Assembly (NCBI GenBank): GCA_964370215.1
Contig: CAYJIM010000003.1
Location: 13,308-77,307, forward strand
Source of the DNA: an uncultured Oscillospiraceae bacterium
GTDB taxonomy: Bacteria > Bacillota > Clostridia > Oscillospirales > Ruminococcaceae
Direction: 5' to 3'
DNA: 64,000 nt
Shown: piece after piece, positions 10,345-19,618 of the stretch
Numbering within the stretch: the first letter of the stretch is position 1
Layout: each line of letters starts with the position of its first letter
Translations under genes and position numbers: made by a program
Notes under the pieces: generated by a model
Told to the model about the DNA's origin: nothing
The model's database searches: none
The model's input: the letters and a program-made list of their open reading frames with translations, nothing else

Positions 10345-10802
10345 CTATTTTATGGCAATTGCTAGGGGCATTTTTTGCAGCCCTCGGGTTTGCGGGTCTC
10401 TTTCAAATTCGTGGTAAAAAGCTGTGGTTGTCTGCTGTCGGCGGCATTTTTTGTTGGGCGGCATATCTTGTCGCCACACAATTAGGGTGCAGTGAACTGG
10501 TCGCTTACTTTTTCAGCGGGGTGGTATCCACGCTATACGGGGAGATTTTTGCCAGAGTACAACGTGCCCCTGTCACCACTTTTTTGATTCCGGCACTGAT
10601 TGTTGCAGTACCGGGGAGCCTCTTGTACAGCACGATGGATGCGATGGTGCAAAACAACTGGCAACAGGCAGGAGAGTTTGCGAGTCGTACCGGTGTCATT
10701 GCCTTGGCATTGGCAGGTGGGGTGATGGTCGTTACCTCCGTTCAAAAAATATGGTTTGGCCAATTACAGAAAAGGAGAGCTTATGGAAAAGAAACAATTT
10801 AA
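10341..10802 (+). CDS. Threonine/serine exporter family protein, small subunit (DUF3815 / YjjB-like)
   Basis: This is the inner 153 aa of the 9642-10802 ORF and starts at the ATG overlapping the upstream stop. It is a 4-TM protein, MTILWQLLGAFFAALGFAGLF, and the usual partner of DUF1212 proteins. Confidence 0.8.
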   Translation: MTILWQLLGAFFAALGFAGLFQIRGKKLWLSAVGGIFCWAAYLVATQLGCSELVAYFFSGVVSTLYGEIFARVQRAPVTTFLIPALIVAVPGSLLYSTMDAMVQNNWQQAGEFASRTGVIALALAGGVMVVTSVQKIWFGQLQKRRAYGKETI

Positions 10803-11988
10803 AGCCATTTTACTCATTGTGACTTACGCAATTGCGTTGTATTTTGCCAGTACAAACCTCGACTTGATTGGTGGCATCTTAGAGCGTGCTCTACAGGTGC
10901 TCATGCCGTTTATCATTGGGGCATGTGTTGCTTTTATTTTGAGTATTCCGATGAACTTTTTTGAGGAAAAGGTCTATCGTTTTGGTGGCACCGGAAAACG
11001 ACAAATGCTCCGACGGATCTTGAGTTTGACCACCACTGTTTTGGTGGTGCTACTTGGTGGATTTATTGTGGTATTCCTCATTGTGCCGGAATTTCAAACA
11101 ACCTTTACACGCATTGCCGAGACAGTGCCGATTTTTTTCAATGAGGTTTATCAATATGCCAATAGTTTGGACTTTGACTGGGCATTGTTGGAGGAATGGA
11201 TTCAAAATATCGACTTTGATATTGCAAATATTGCACAACATGCTTATACTTGGATTCAGGGATGGGCGGGCACTGCACTCGGCGGTGCGGTTTCGGCGAT
11301 TTCCTCTGTGTCACAAGGGGTGGTATCCACCGTCATCGGCATCATCTTTGCATTTTATCTGCTGTTTGTCAAAGAAACCGTCAGTAGTCAGGTGAAAAAA
11401 GTCTTGTACGCACTCTGCAAAACGGCGACAGCCGACTTTTTGACCGATACTGCAAAATTGACACATCAAACCTTCTCTAGATTTTTTACCGGTCAGTGTT
11501 TGGAAGCGGTGATTTTGGGGGTGCTGTTTTACATTGCCATGCTCATTTTCCAAATGCCGTACGCCATTGTCATTTCAGTACTGATCATGATTACCGCCCT
11601 CATTCCTATTTTTGGGGCATTTATCGGTTGTATCGTCGGTGCATTTTTGATCCTGATGGTCGACCCATTGCAGGCCTTTTGGTTTATTGTGCTGTTTTTG
11701 GTACTGCAACAGGTGGAAGGCAACTTCATCTATCCACATGTGGTAGGTAATTCAGTGGGTTTACCCCCCTTCTTGGTACTCATTTCCGTGACGCTGGGCG
11801 GTAGTTTGTTTGGTGTTATGGGGATGCTTGTGTTCATCCCACTCATCTCAGTCATCTATGTACTGATCGGCACTTGGGCGAACAAACGAGTGGTTAAAAA
11901 AGGCATTGATCAGGAAAAATTTATCGCAAAACATCCGCCGGTGTTACCGTGGAAAAAAGAGAAACTGGCAAAGAAGCCAAAAGGATAA
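10783..11988 (+). CDS. AI-2E family transporter (PerM / UPF0118)
   Basis: It is a multi-TM protein with the family signature QQVEGNFIYPHVVGNSVGLPP. The start was placed at MEKKQF behind the aaaggagag RBS. Confidence 0.9.
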   Translation: MEKKQFKAILLIVTYAIALYFASTNLDLIGGILERALQVLMPFIIGACVAFILSIPMNFFEEKVYRFGGTGKRQMLRRILSLTTTVLVVLLGGFIVVFLIVPEFQTTFTRIAETVPIFFNEVYQYANSLDFDWALLEEWIQNIDFDIANIAQHAYTWIQGWAGTALGGAVSAISSVSQGVVSTVIGIIFAFYLLFVKETVSSQVKKVLYALCKTATADFLTDTAKLTHQTFSRFFTGQCLEAVILGVLFYIAMLIFQMPYAIVISVLIMITALIPIFGAFIGCIVGAFLILMVDPLQAFWFIVLFLVLQQVEGNFIYPHVVGNSVGLPPFLVLISVTLGGSLFGVMGMLVFIPLISVIYVLIGTWANKRVVKKGIDQEKFIAKHPPVLPWKKEKLAKKPKG

Positions 11989-11992
11989 CAAT

Positions 11993-12032
11993 AAAAAGAT
12001 CAGCTTCTGTACGATAGAAGCTGATCTTTTTA
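11993..12032. terminator. Bidirectional rho-independent terminator
   Basis: The 12-bp stem agatcagcttct / agaagctgatct is flanked by an A-run and a T-run. It lies between convergent genes. Confidence 0.85.
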
Positions 12033-12047
12033 TTGCGTTCCGAGAGT

Positions 12048-12806
12048 TTACGGTTTTATCGATTTGGTAGCATAAAAGGTAGGGAGGTTATGGTCGTGAA
12101 GTCGCCCTGTCCCATTGGTGTCACCATACACCCCTTGCAGGACAAAGCCAGCTTGCAACTGCCCATCAATCTGCTCTTCAATGGTGTGAGAAAATTGCAT
12201 GCCACTATTACTGTCAATCGACTCTTGGTAGAGCGTTTGATCTTTGAGTGGATTGTAGGGTAGGGTATACCGAAGGTCTTTGCCATCATCATCAAAGGCA
12301 AAATTGATGCCGTTGTCAAGACCCGCAAGAAGAATACCACCTTTTTTCAATACACGAAAACATTCCAGCCAGACCGGTTGCACCTCTTCGATATAACAAT
12401 TGGACACAGGATGAAAAATGAGGTCAAATGTTTCATCGGCAAAGGGAAGTGATTTTGTCATATCGGCACGCACCATTTCCATCGTATAACCCTCACGGTT
12501 AGCGACCATCATTTCTGTATCTAGTTGCTTTTGTGCATAATCAAGGACGACACAGGCTGCTCCCAATGCTTGAAAAATGGGCATTTGTTGCCCCCCTCCA
12601 CAGGCAAGGCCTAATACTTTTGCCCCTTTCAATGTGCAAAACCAGTGTTTAGGCACCGGTTTTGTTGGAGTCAAAAGCATTTCCCAATCACCTTTTGTTG
12701 CACGAATATAATCTTCATGGGAAATAGGTAGACTCCATTCCCAACCCTCGTCGACCCAACTGTCGATGACATCGGCATTAAGATCGGTATAATTTTTTAT
12801 TATCAT
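12048..12806 (-). CDS. Class I SAM-dependent methyltransferase
   Basis: Motif I is VLGLACGGGQQ, followed by VVLDYAQKQL. The start was trimmed to MIIKNY because the longer ORF runs into the upstream gene. Confidence 0.85.
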   Translation of the reverse strand: MIIKNYTDLNADVIDSWVDEGWEWSLPISHEDYIRATKGDWEMLLTPTKPVPKHWFCTLKGAKVLGLACGGGQQMPIFQALGAACVVLDYAQKQLDTEMMVANREGYTMEMVRADMTKSLPFADETFDLIFHPVSNCYIEEVQPVWLECFRVLKKGGILLAGLDNGINFAFDDDGKDLRYTLPYNPLKDQTLYQESIDSNSGMQFSHTIEEQIDGQLQAGFVLQGVYGDTNGTGRLHDHNLPTFYATKSIKP

Positions 12807-12813
12807 TTGTAGT

Positions 12814-13680
12814 TCACTTCGTTTTCTCATAACTGACATAAGCAAATTTTTGACTACAAGGGGAGAAGCTATTGACGTTGATCGTCCCTTGTCCACCAAA
12901 CAGATGTACCAATGTTTTCGGGGTGCCACCTTCTGCCGGCATGATGCGCAACACCACATGACGGTGTGGCTCGTGCTGGTACGGCTCTAAATCCCCTTTG
13001 CGATAAGAAATCAGCAATACCTGCTTGCCATCGGGGGAGACATGAGGAAACCATGTATTGAGGTCGTCATCAAAGGTCATCTGGCGAATATCTGTACCAT
13101 CACAGTTCATGCGGTATGCCTGCATAAGGCCGGCACGTGTAGAATTAAACCAGAGGTACTTGCCACAAGGGGAAAATTCCGGTCCGTCTTCATGCGCATC
13201 AACATCGGTCAAACGGGTTTCTACACCACCTTTTGCCGGGATGGTACAGAGGTTGTACCGATCACCACGATGGGCACAGTAAGCAAGGGTTTGCCCATCG
13301 GGCGACCAACCATGCAGATAACTTTCCCCCAGTGGAGTGATGAGGTGTGGTGTCGGATCATTTTGCAACGAACAGATATAAATGCGAGACTGCCCATCTT
13401 CGGCGGTTCCGTGACTGACAGCAATGGCATTGCCATCGGGGGAAAGTACGTGGTCGTTGTTGCAGTGTACAGCAAATCCCGTATCAATCGGGGTAATCTG
13501 CCCATCCGATAGTTGGTAGCGGTACAATCTGCCCTTGCTGTTGTAAATGAGTGCTTCGCCGTCTTGCGTCCAGTTTGGTGCCTCGATCAAATAATCAAAG
13601 GTGATCAAATCGGTGATACAGTCATCGTTGAGGTCGTAAATGTGTAAGGTTGAACGGTCGTTTTCTCTGTCATAGGGCAT
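12814..13680 (-). CDS. TolB-like WD40-type beta-propeller protein with no signal peptide
   Basis: It carries repeated SPDG-containing blades (SPDGNAIAV, SPDGQTLAY, SPCGKYLWF, SPDGKQVLL). The start was chosen at MPYDR behind an aaggag RBS. Confidence 0.7.
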   Translation of the reverse strand: MPYDRENDRSTLHIYDLNDDCITDLITFDYLIEAPNWTQDGEALIYNSKGRLYRYQLSDGQITPIDTGFAVHCNNDHVLSPDGNAIAVSHGTAEDGQSRIYICSLQNDPTPHLITPLGESYLHGWSPDGQTLAYCAHRGDRYNLCTIPAKGGVETRLTDVDAHEDGPEFSPCGKYLWFNSTRAGLMQAYRMNCDGTDIRQMTFDDDLNTWFPHVSPDGKQVLLISYRKGDLEPYQHEPHRHVVLRIMPAEGGTPKTLVHLFGGQGTINVNSFSPCSQKFAYVSYEKTK

Positions 13681-13981
13681 AAAGCAAACACTCCTTTTGA
13701 TCGAATAGATTTGTTTCATTATAATATAGGAATGCTTTTCTTGTCAATAGCGACAAAGAGGTGATTGGTCAATGAGTGATTTGGTGTGATGAAGATGAAA
13801 ATAGTTGTGCAGTATCAACATTTATATTAAAACAGTAAAAAATGAGTAGGTTTTGCTATTTAATTCACACAAAAATAAAATATAAACGCGAAAAACGTCG
13901 GTTTTTGTCGAATTTGTTTCGGTTGAAAGAGTATACTTTAGGAAAAGATTCCCTTTTCCCAAACCACGGAGGTGGCAAAGC

Positions 13982-16876
13982 ATGTCTCGGCAAATTTTTA
14001 ATAAAAACATTGTACTGTCATTCGTTGCTCTTATTTTTCTTGCTTTGTGGTGTACCCCTTTTCCGGTGCAGGCACAAACCGAACCGATTAAGATCGGCTA
14101 TGTTCCCCAATTTCAAAATTTCATGGAAAATCCGGATAGCTTGAACGCAAAAGGATACGGATACGAAATATTTGAAAAAATAGCAGAAATCAGTGATTTG
14201 AAATTTGAATATGTGCCGATGACGGAGGATGTACATGTCGCATTGCAAAATGGTAGCATCGATTTTGCAGGATTTTATATCAGAACGCCGGATCGACAAC
14301 AATCTTTTTTGTATTCTGAAACGCAATTCGGAAAAACTTATGTATCGTTGACCACCGACGATCCGACCATTCCATATAACGATCCGAAAAGCCTTGACGG
14401 CAAAACTGTTGCCACCTATTATGGCAATCTGTCCAATCAATATTTGGACAATTATTGTGCACAGAACGGTATCTCGGTGCAGTATGTATTTGGCAATATT
14501 TATGATTACACAGAGAAAGAAGCGGATTTTTTTATCACCTATAGTTCGCATACCGCATCTGAGGGGAAGTACAATGTGCTCAATCTCGGGGTATTCAATC
14601 TCTATTTGGTGAGTAGTTTTGAAAATCAAGCATTGATGGATCAAATCAATAAAATTTTTTTACAGGTAATTGCGACAGAAGGCAACTACTTCATGGAACT
14701 GGAAGAAAAGTATCTGGCAGACGATATTGCCATGAATCACCGTACGCTGTCCGCAAAGGAAATTGCAAAGCTACAAAGTCGCACATGGCAGGTGGGGTAC
14801 ATTGCAACAAAACAGCCTACCTCTTTTCAGAATGGGGAGGGCAAACCGGAGGGTGCGATGATTGATGTCATGGAGCATTTATCCAACAAATTCGGGTTTG
14901 AGGTGGAATATCACCCCTACACTCTTAGCGAAGATCCGACACTGCATCAAGACTTCGATCTCATCATTACCCTATATGGGGACAGTGAGGAAGAACTGCA
15001 ATTTTACGATCCGACTGATCCATACTATATGCTACAGATGTTTGGGCAAATATCAAGTAAAACCTATCAAGACTACGACACGCGGGAACAGCGCATTGAA
15101 AACTCCCCACGAATCGGAACACTGCAATATATGATGATTGATTATGATGCGTTGTTAGAACAATATCCGGACAATCCTATATTGTTCTATAAGGATTTTG
15201 ATTCATTATTGAATGATTATAGTAAGGGGTTTTTGGATCTCATCATTTCTACCGAGAGTGGGACTGCCTATGCGGAAACTTACTTGCAGGATGTGGATCG
15301 TACCACCATCCCGTTGGCGTTGGAAGTGCCGATGCAGTTTTTTGTCTCCAAGTCTTTGTCGGATGAATTTTTATCTATTTTTAATGTCATGCTTGATACA
15401 GTAGATGAGAGTGATTACCGCACCATGCTTGTCAACAATGCCAACAACTACCTTCCGGAAACAACTTGGACACAGTTTTTGAAAATCGCATGGCCTTATT
15501 TATTGATCGCTGCATTGGCTATTTTTGTGGGATTCGTCGGCTATGCGTTGATTCAACAACGCCGAAAACGACGGGAAATTACAAAGGCTTACAACGTCGA
15601 TGCGTTGACAGCATTATTGTCCGCACCACGGTTTGGAGAACTGATGGAAGAGTATCTGCGCACAGCAACGAAAAACAGTTATGAAGTCATCAGTCTTGAT
15701 ATTGACATGTTCAAAAATATCAATACCTATTATAGTATCGGGCGCGGCAGTGCTGCCATCCGTGCGGTTGGCAATGGATTAAAAGAAGCATTGCAGGAAA
15801 CCTCTGCTTTGATCATGCGGCGGACAGCGGATCAATTTGTCATTATGCGCAAAATTTCCGAAGGACCCTCTGTTCGAGAACTTTACCGTGATTATATCTA
15901 TCCCAAATTACAGGATGTATTGGGTGACAACTATCATATCAGTATGTCATTTGGTATCTATACCATTTGCAACTGTCAAGAAAAAATTAGCAATATCATC
16001 GACTATGCCGACGATGCTAGAATGCGAGGAAAGCACTCTCACCAAACCTCCTTTGTGACCTTTGATGAGACAATGAAAAAGGAACATGAGGACAAGTTGA
16101 ACATCACCTTTCGGATGGAGCAAGCCCTCAAAGATCGTGAATTTACTCTCGTGTATCAACCCAAAATCAATTTCCAAACGCTGCGTGTGGATGGTGCGGA
16201 GGCATTGGTGCGTTGGAACAGTAGTCAAAACGGTGTTATCTACCCTGACCAATTCATCCCGATTTTTGAAGAAAATGGATTCATCCTACCGTTGGATCTC
16301 TATGTATTTGAAGAGGTTTGCCGCTTTATTGCAAAGCATCGCAGTGTGTTTGTGTTGCCTCGTATTTCCGTCAATCTGTCGGCGTGGTCGGTCATGGACA
16401 AACGTATTGTCATTTCGATTCATGATTTGATGCAACAGTATGACATCAAATCGACTGAAATTGAATTAGAAATCACCGAAAGTGCCATCACAGGGGACGA
16501 AAAGACGTTCTTGCAAAAGGTCAAACAACTCAAAACACTCGGATGTGCCATTTCTATCGATGATTTTGGTGCAGGAGTTTCCTCTCTCAACCGGTTGAGT
16601 GCCATTGAGGCGGATGTGTTGAAGTTAGACAAAGCCTTTTTCGATCTCAAAGATCAAGGAGGAAAAAGCACTGTTGTCGTCGAAGATGTCATCACGATGG
16701 CAAAGCACCTCAACATGGCAATCGTTGCCGAAGGGGTGGAAACCTTTGGTCAAGCCTTATGGCTCAGAGAACTGCAATGTGAATATGCACAAGGATATTA
16801 CTTTGAGCGCCCCATGGATGAAGAGAGTTTCAAAAAGCTGTTGGAAAGCAAAAAGACCTATCAATTGAAGCCGTAA
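13982..16876 (+). CDS. Membrane c-di-GMP phosphodiesterase: signal peptide, two periplasmic SBP (family 3)-like domains, TM helix, degenerate GGDEF, EAL
   Basis: All EAL motifs are present (EALVRWN, NLSAWS, EITES, DDFGAGVSSLNRL, KLDKAFF, AEGVETFGQ, AQGYYF). The GGDEF position reads RTADQF and so is degenerate. The extracytoplasmic part has two repeats of an amino-acid-binding-protein-like fold. Confidence 0.85.
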   Translation: MSRQIFNKNIVLSFVALIFLALWCTPFPVQAQTEPIKIGYVPQFQNFMENPDSLNAKGYGYEIFEKIAEISDLKFEYVPMTEDVHVALQNGSIDFAGFYIRTPDRQQSFLYSETQFGKTYVSLTTDDPTIPYNDPKSLDGKTVATYYGNLSNQYLDNYCAQNGISVQYVFGNIYDYTEKEADFFITYSSHTASEGKYNVLNLGVFNLYLVSSFENQALMDQINKIFLQVIATEGNYFMELEEKYLADDIAMNHRTLSAKEIAKLQSRTWQVGYIATKQPTSFQNGEGKPEGAMIDVMEHLSNKFGFEVEYHPYTLSEDPTLHQDFDLIITLYGDSEEELQFYDPTDPYYMLQMFGQISSKTYQDYDTREQRIENSPRIGTLQYMMIDYDALLEQYPDNPILFYKDFDSLLNDYSKGFLDLIISTESGTAYAETYLQDVDRTTIPLALEVPMQFFVSKSLSDEFLSIFNVMLDTVDESDYRTMLVNNANNYLPETTWTQFLKIAWPYLLIAALAIFVGFVGYALIQQRRKRREITKAYNVDALTALLSAPRFGELMEEYLRTATKNSYEVISLDIDMFKNINTYYSIGRGSAAIRAVGNGLKEALQETSALIMRRTADQFVIMRKISEGPSVRELYRDYIYPKLQDVLGDNYHISMSFGIYTICNCQEKISNIIDYADDARMRGKHSHQTSFVTFDETMKKEHEDKLNITFRMEQALKDREFTLVYQPKINFQTLRVDGAEALVRWNSSQNGVIYPDQFIPIFEENGFILPLDLYVFEEVCRFIAKHRSVFVLPRISVNLSAWSVMDKRIVISIHDLMQQYDIKSTEIELEITESAITGDEKTFLQKVKQLKTLGCAISIDDFGAGVSSLNRLSAIEADVLKLDKAFFDLKDQGGKSTVVVEDVITMAKHLNMAIVAEGVETFGQALWLRELQCEYAQGYYFERPMDEESFKKLLESKKTYQLKP

Positions 16877-16885
16877 TGAAGCCAA

Positions 16886-16922
16886 AGAGCAGGTATCGGA
16901 ATTTTCCGATACCTGCTCTTTT
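16886..16922. terminator. Bidirectional terminator between convergent genes
   Basis: The 15-bp perfect stem agagcaggtatcgga / tccgatacctgctct has a 4-nt loop and is followed by ttt. Confidence 0.85.
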
Positions 16923-17835
16923 AGGATATACTTGATGTAGCGGGCAGTTGTTTTGGGACCATAATCGTAAAAGCATTTTGTAAATTTTGAATACACACCG
17001 CTGTTTCGGTACCACCGTATTCTCCATCCAATGTCCAATCAACGGGTGTTTTGGATTTGACGGTAATGTGTCGTGCACTGGTGCAAAACATAAAGCGTGA
17101 GTGCATCTGCTCGTTGAGAATTGCTTGCAGCAGTTCATGTAAATCCAATGGATTCTGTGGCGGACGCACCAGCACCACTTCCAACAAGCCATCGTCCAAA
17201 TGAGGGTGGGTACCGGCAAAGTTTTTGAGCCCACCCACGGAAGTCGAATTGGTGATCATGCCATAAATAAATTCTCCTTCGACCTGTTCACCATCAATGT
17301 TAAGTTCCATTTCATAAGACTTGATGCTACCCAACCGCTTGGTGCCCTCGAGTAGGTAGGCCATCCGGCCAAAGGTGTTTTTAAATTGTTGCGAGGTTTC
17401 GTAAGCAACATCGGTAAAAAGACCAAAGGCTGCGATATAGGTAAAGGCCTCGTCGTTGAAACGACCGGCATCACAAGTGAAGGGCATCCCTTGGGTGACC
17501 ACTTGGGCTGCCTCTAAAATATTTTTGGAAATACCCAAACTACTGGCGAAATCATTGGTAGTGCCAGTGGGAATGTAACCGAGTGTGGGGGCGTTTTCTA
17601 ACAACACCATCGCGTTGACTGCTTCGTTCAACGTGCCGTCGCCGCCACTACAAACGATCATATCAAACCGTTCTCCTTCCGCCAAAATAATTTTAGTGGT
17701 GTCGGACTTTTGTTGGGTGGGGTGCACAGTCACTGCGTACCCTTGTGCAGTATAGTGTTCTACAATGTCGGCAAGTTTGGGGCGAAACAGCGCTTTGCCT
17801 GCATGTGGATTGTAAATCAATAGCATTTTTTTCAT
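16921..17835 (-). CDS. Diacylglycerol kinase family lipid kinase (YegS/DagK-like)
   Basis: MKKMLLIYNPHAGK...VCSGGDGTLNE...IPTGTTNDFA. The start was trimmed to MKKMLL. Confidence 0.85.
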   Translation of the reverse strand: MKKMLLIYNPHAGKALFRPKLADIVEHYTAQGYAVTVHPTQQKSDTTKIILAEGERFDMIVCSGGDGTLNEAVNAMVLLENAPTLGYIPTGTTNDFASSLGISKNILEAAQVVTQGMPFTCDAGRFNDEAFTYIAAFGLFTDVAYETSQQFKNTFGRMAYLLEGTKRLGSIKSYEMELNIDGEQVEGEFIYGMITNSTSVGGLKNFAGTHPHLDDGLLEVVLVRPPQNPLDLHELLQAILNEQMHSRFMFCTSARHITVKSKTPVDWTLDGEYGGTETAVCIQNLQNAFTIMVPKQLPATSSIS

Positions 17836-17965
17836 CGGTAAAACCCTCTCGGTCAAATATTTGGCAGTTGATACTGTTATCATAGCAAATAGGTATTAAC
17901 AAATTGTGGAAAAGTAAAAAAACATTTTTGAAAAATAGTGAGTAGAAAAATATCTTGTGAAAGGA

Positions 17966-17994
17966 TTGACAAATGCCGTGGGATTTCGTATAAT
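17966..17994 (+). promoter_or_regulatory. Consensus sigma-A promoter (TTGACA-17-TATAAT) driving the FMN riboswitch
   Basis: TTGACA lies at 17966-17971, followed by a 17-nt spacer and TATAAT at 17989-17994. Confidence 0.8.
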
Positions 17995-18003
17995 AATAAA
18001 AAA

Positions 18004-18120
18004 GAAGTCTGTTTCAGGGCGGAGTGAAATTCTCCACCGGTGGTAAAGTCCACGAGCGCTGCGGCGTTGATTTGGTGCAATTCCAAAACCGACGGTTAAA
18101 GTCCGGATGAAAGAAACAAC
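18004..18120 (+). promoter_or_regulatory. FMN riboswitch (RFN element)
   Basis: ttcagggcggagtgaaattctccaccggtggtaaagtccacgagc...gatttggtgcaattccaaaaccgacggttaaagtccggatgaaagaa matches the conserved RFN core. It is followed by a terminator and a riboflavin transporter gene. Confidence 0.9.
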
Positions 18121-18140
18121 AAGGCCTTTGTGCATTTTGT

Positions 18141-18177
18141 CGCCCTCATTTGCTTTTTGCAGTGAGGGTGTTTTTTT
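18141..18177 (+). terminator. FMN riboswitch expression-platform terminator
   Basis: The stem gccctca / tgagggt is followed by a run of seven T, 40 nt before the ribU start. Confidence 0.75.
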
Positions 18178-18215
18178 ATGCAGAGCAGACCTCTTTGAAA
18201 AAAGGAGGAAGTATT

Positions 18216-18827
18216 ATGAGTAGTATCAGCACAAAACAACAACCATTCAACCGAGGGCAAATCCGTAAAATGACGGTGACGGCCATGCTTGCCGCCGTGT
18301 CTAGTGTTTTGATGTTCTTTAGCTTCAACGTACCGTTGATGCCATCCTTCATCAAGATGGACTTGTCCGAATTGCCGGCGTTGATTGCGGCCTTCACGCT
18401 AGGGCCTGTTAGTGGTGTCGCAGTTTGCCTTGTCAAAAATGTCATCAATCTGTTCTTTACCACCACCGGTGGGGTTGGTGAACTTTCCAATTTCATTTTG
18501 GGGACTGCTTTGGTATTGCCGGCAGGACTGATTTACAAAAAGGTGCAAACCCGTACCGGCGCCATTGTCGGCTCGGTCATTGGTGCTGTCAGTATGGCAG
18601 TACTCAGTTTCTTTACAAACTACTTTATCATTTATCCCGTTTACACTAATTTTATGCCTATGGAAGCGATTATAGGTGCTTATCAAGCGATTTTTAGCGG
18701 TATTGAGGAATTGTGGCAGGCGCTAATTCTCTTCAACATGCCTTTCACTCTCATCAAAGGGTTGATCAGTGCGGTTGTCACCTGCCTGCTTTATAAAAAA
18801 TTGAGTCCGATTATGAATGGGAAGTAG
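18216..18827 (+). CDS. ribU: ECF transporter S component for riboflavin
   Basis: It is a 6-TM protein (MTVTAMLAAVSSVLMFF...DLSELPALIAAFTLGP) directly behind an FMN riboswitch. An aaaggagg RBS precedes the 18216 ATG. Confidence 0.85.
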   Translation: MSSISTKQQPFNRGQIRKMTVTAMLAAVSSVLMFFSFNVPLMPSFIKMDLSELPALIAAFTLGPVSGVAVCLVKNVINLFFTTTGGVGELSNFILGTALVLPAGLIYKKVQTRTGAIVGSVIGAVSMAVLSFFTNYFIIYPVYTNFMPMEAIIGAYQAIFSGIEELWQALILFNMPFTLIKGLISAVVTCLLYKKLSPIMNGK

Positions 18828-18918
18828 TGAGGTTGAACGCGTTTACCCAACAGGGTAGGCGCGTTTTTCTATTTTTTGTAGGATGGGGCAAAAGTAATCG
18901 TGGATAGAGTAAAATTGA

Positions 18919-18947
18919 TTGACGAACCATTCTTCATTTAGTACAAT
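18919..18947 (+). promoter_or_regulatory. Sigma-A type promoter (TTGACG-17-TACAAT)
   Basis: The hexamers lie at 18919-18924 and 18942-18947 with a 17-nt spacer, upstream of rpe. Confidence 0.55.
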
Positions 18948-18979
18948 AAAAAAGACAAAAACGATCGGGAGGATGAACA

Positions 18980-19618
18980 ATGAACATTAAAATTTCTCCG
19001 TCCATTTTAGCGGCGGACTTTTGTAATTTACAACGGGAGATAGAGCGGGTGCCAAATGCTGAGATGCTACATCTGGACGTGATGGATGGGCACTTTGTAC
19101 CAAATATTAGCATTGGCGTACCGGTGGTGGAATCAATCAGAAAGCAAACATCGATGTTTTTGGATGTGCACTTGATGATCAGTCACCCCTTGCAATATGT
19201 AGAGGCGTTTGCCAAAGCAGGGGCAGATCTCATCTGTTTTCACATTGAGTCGGAAGATGATCCCAAAGCTGTCATCGACCGCATTCATCAATGTGGCAAG
19301 CAAGCGGCCATTGCCTTGAAGCCGAACACGCCGGCAGAAGTCGTGTTTAAATACCTGCAAGACCTTGAGATGGTACTTGTGATGACAGTAGAACCCGGCT
19401 TTGGTGGACAGTCCTTTATGGCGGATATGGTGCCGAAAATCGAAGCGATTCGAGCACGTGTATCGGCTGATTTTGATATCCAAGTGGATGGTGGTATCAA
19501 TTGTGAGACTGCAAAAACAGTGGTTGAAGCCGGTGCTAATGTACTGGTTGCAGGGTCTTTTGTCTTTGGTAGTCAAGATCCTTCGGGAGAAGTTTCCTTT
19601 TTACAAGGGTTATCCTAG
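18980..19618 (+). CDS. rpe: Ribulose-phosphate 3-epimerase
   Basis: SILAADF...HLDVMDGHFVPNISIG...MTVEPGFGGQSF...VDGGIN. Confidence 0.95.
   Translation: MNIKISPSILAADFCNLQREIERVPNAEMLHLDVMDGHFVPNISIGVPVVESIRKQTSMFLDVHLMISHPLQYVEAFAKAGADLICFHIESEDDPKAVIDRIHQCGKQAAIALKPNTPAEVVFKYLQDLEMVLVMTVEPGFGGQSFMADMVPKIEAIRARVSADFDIQVDGGINCETAKTVVEAGANVLVAGSFVFGSQDPSGEVSFLQGLS

Noticed and set aside
9642-10802. A 386-aa ORF spanning the ThrE-type exporter pair.
   Set aside because: The first roughly 230 codons are an out-of-frame read-through of the DUF1212 gene and give an Arg/Cys-rich nonsense translation. Only the last 153 aa (from 10341, with an ATGA overlap) form a credible DUF3815 membrane protein.
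13906-13912. A second exact 0A box (TGTCGAA), upstream of the EAL phosphodiesterase gene.
   Set aside because: A 7-mer is expected several times by chance in 64 kb on two strands. There is no second box or supporting promoter context, so I kept it only as a note.
19610-19618. A 9-nt convergent overlap of the rpe and mecA 3' ends with no terminator between them.
   Set aside because: It is probably just compact gene packing. An alternative mecA stop or start does not change the call, and I see no evidence of functional significance.
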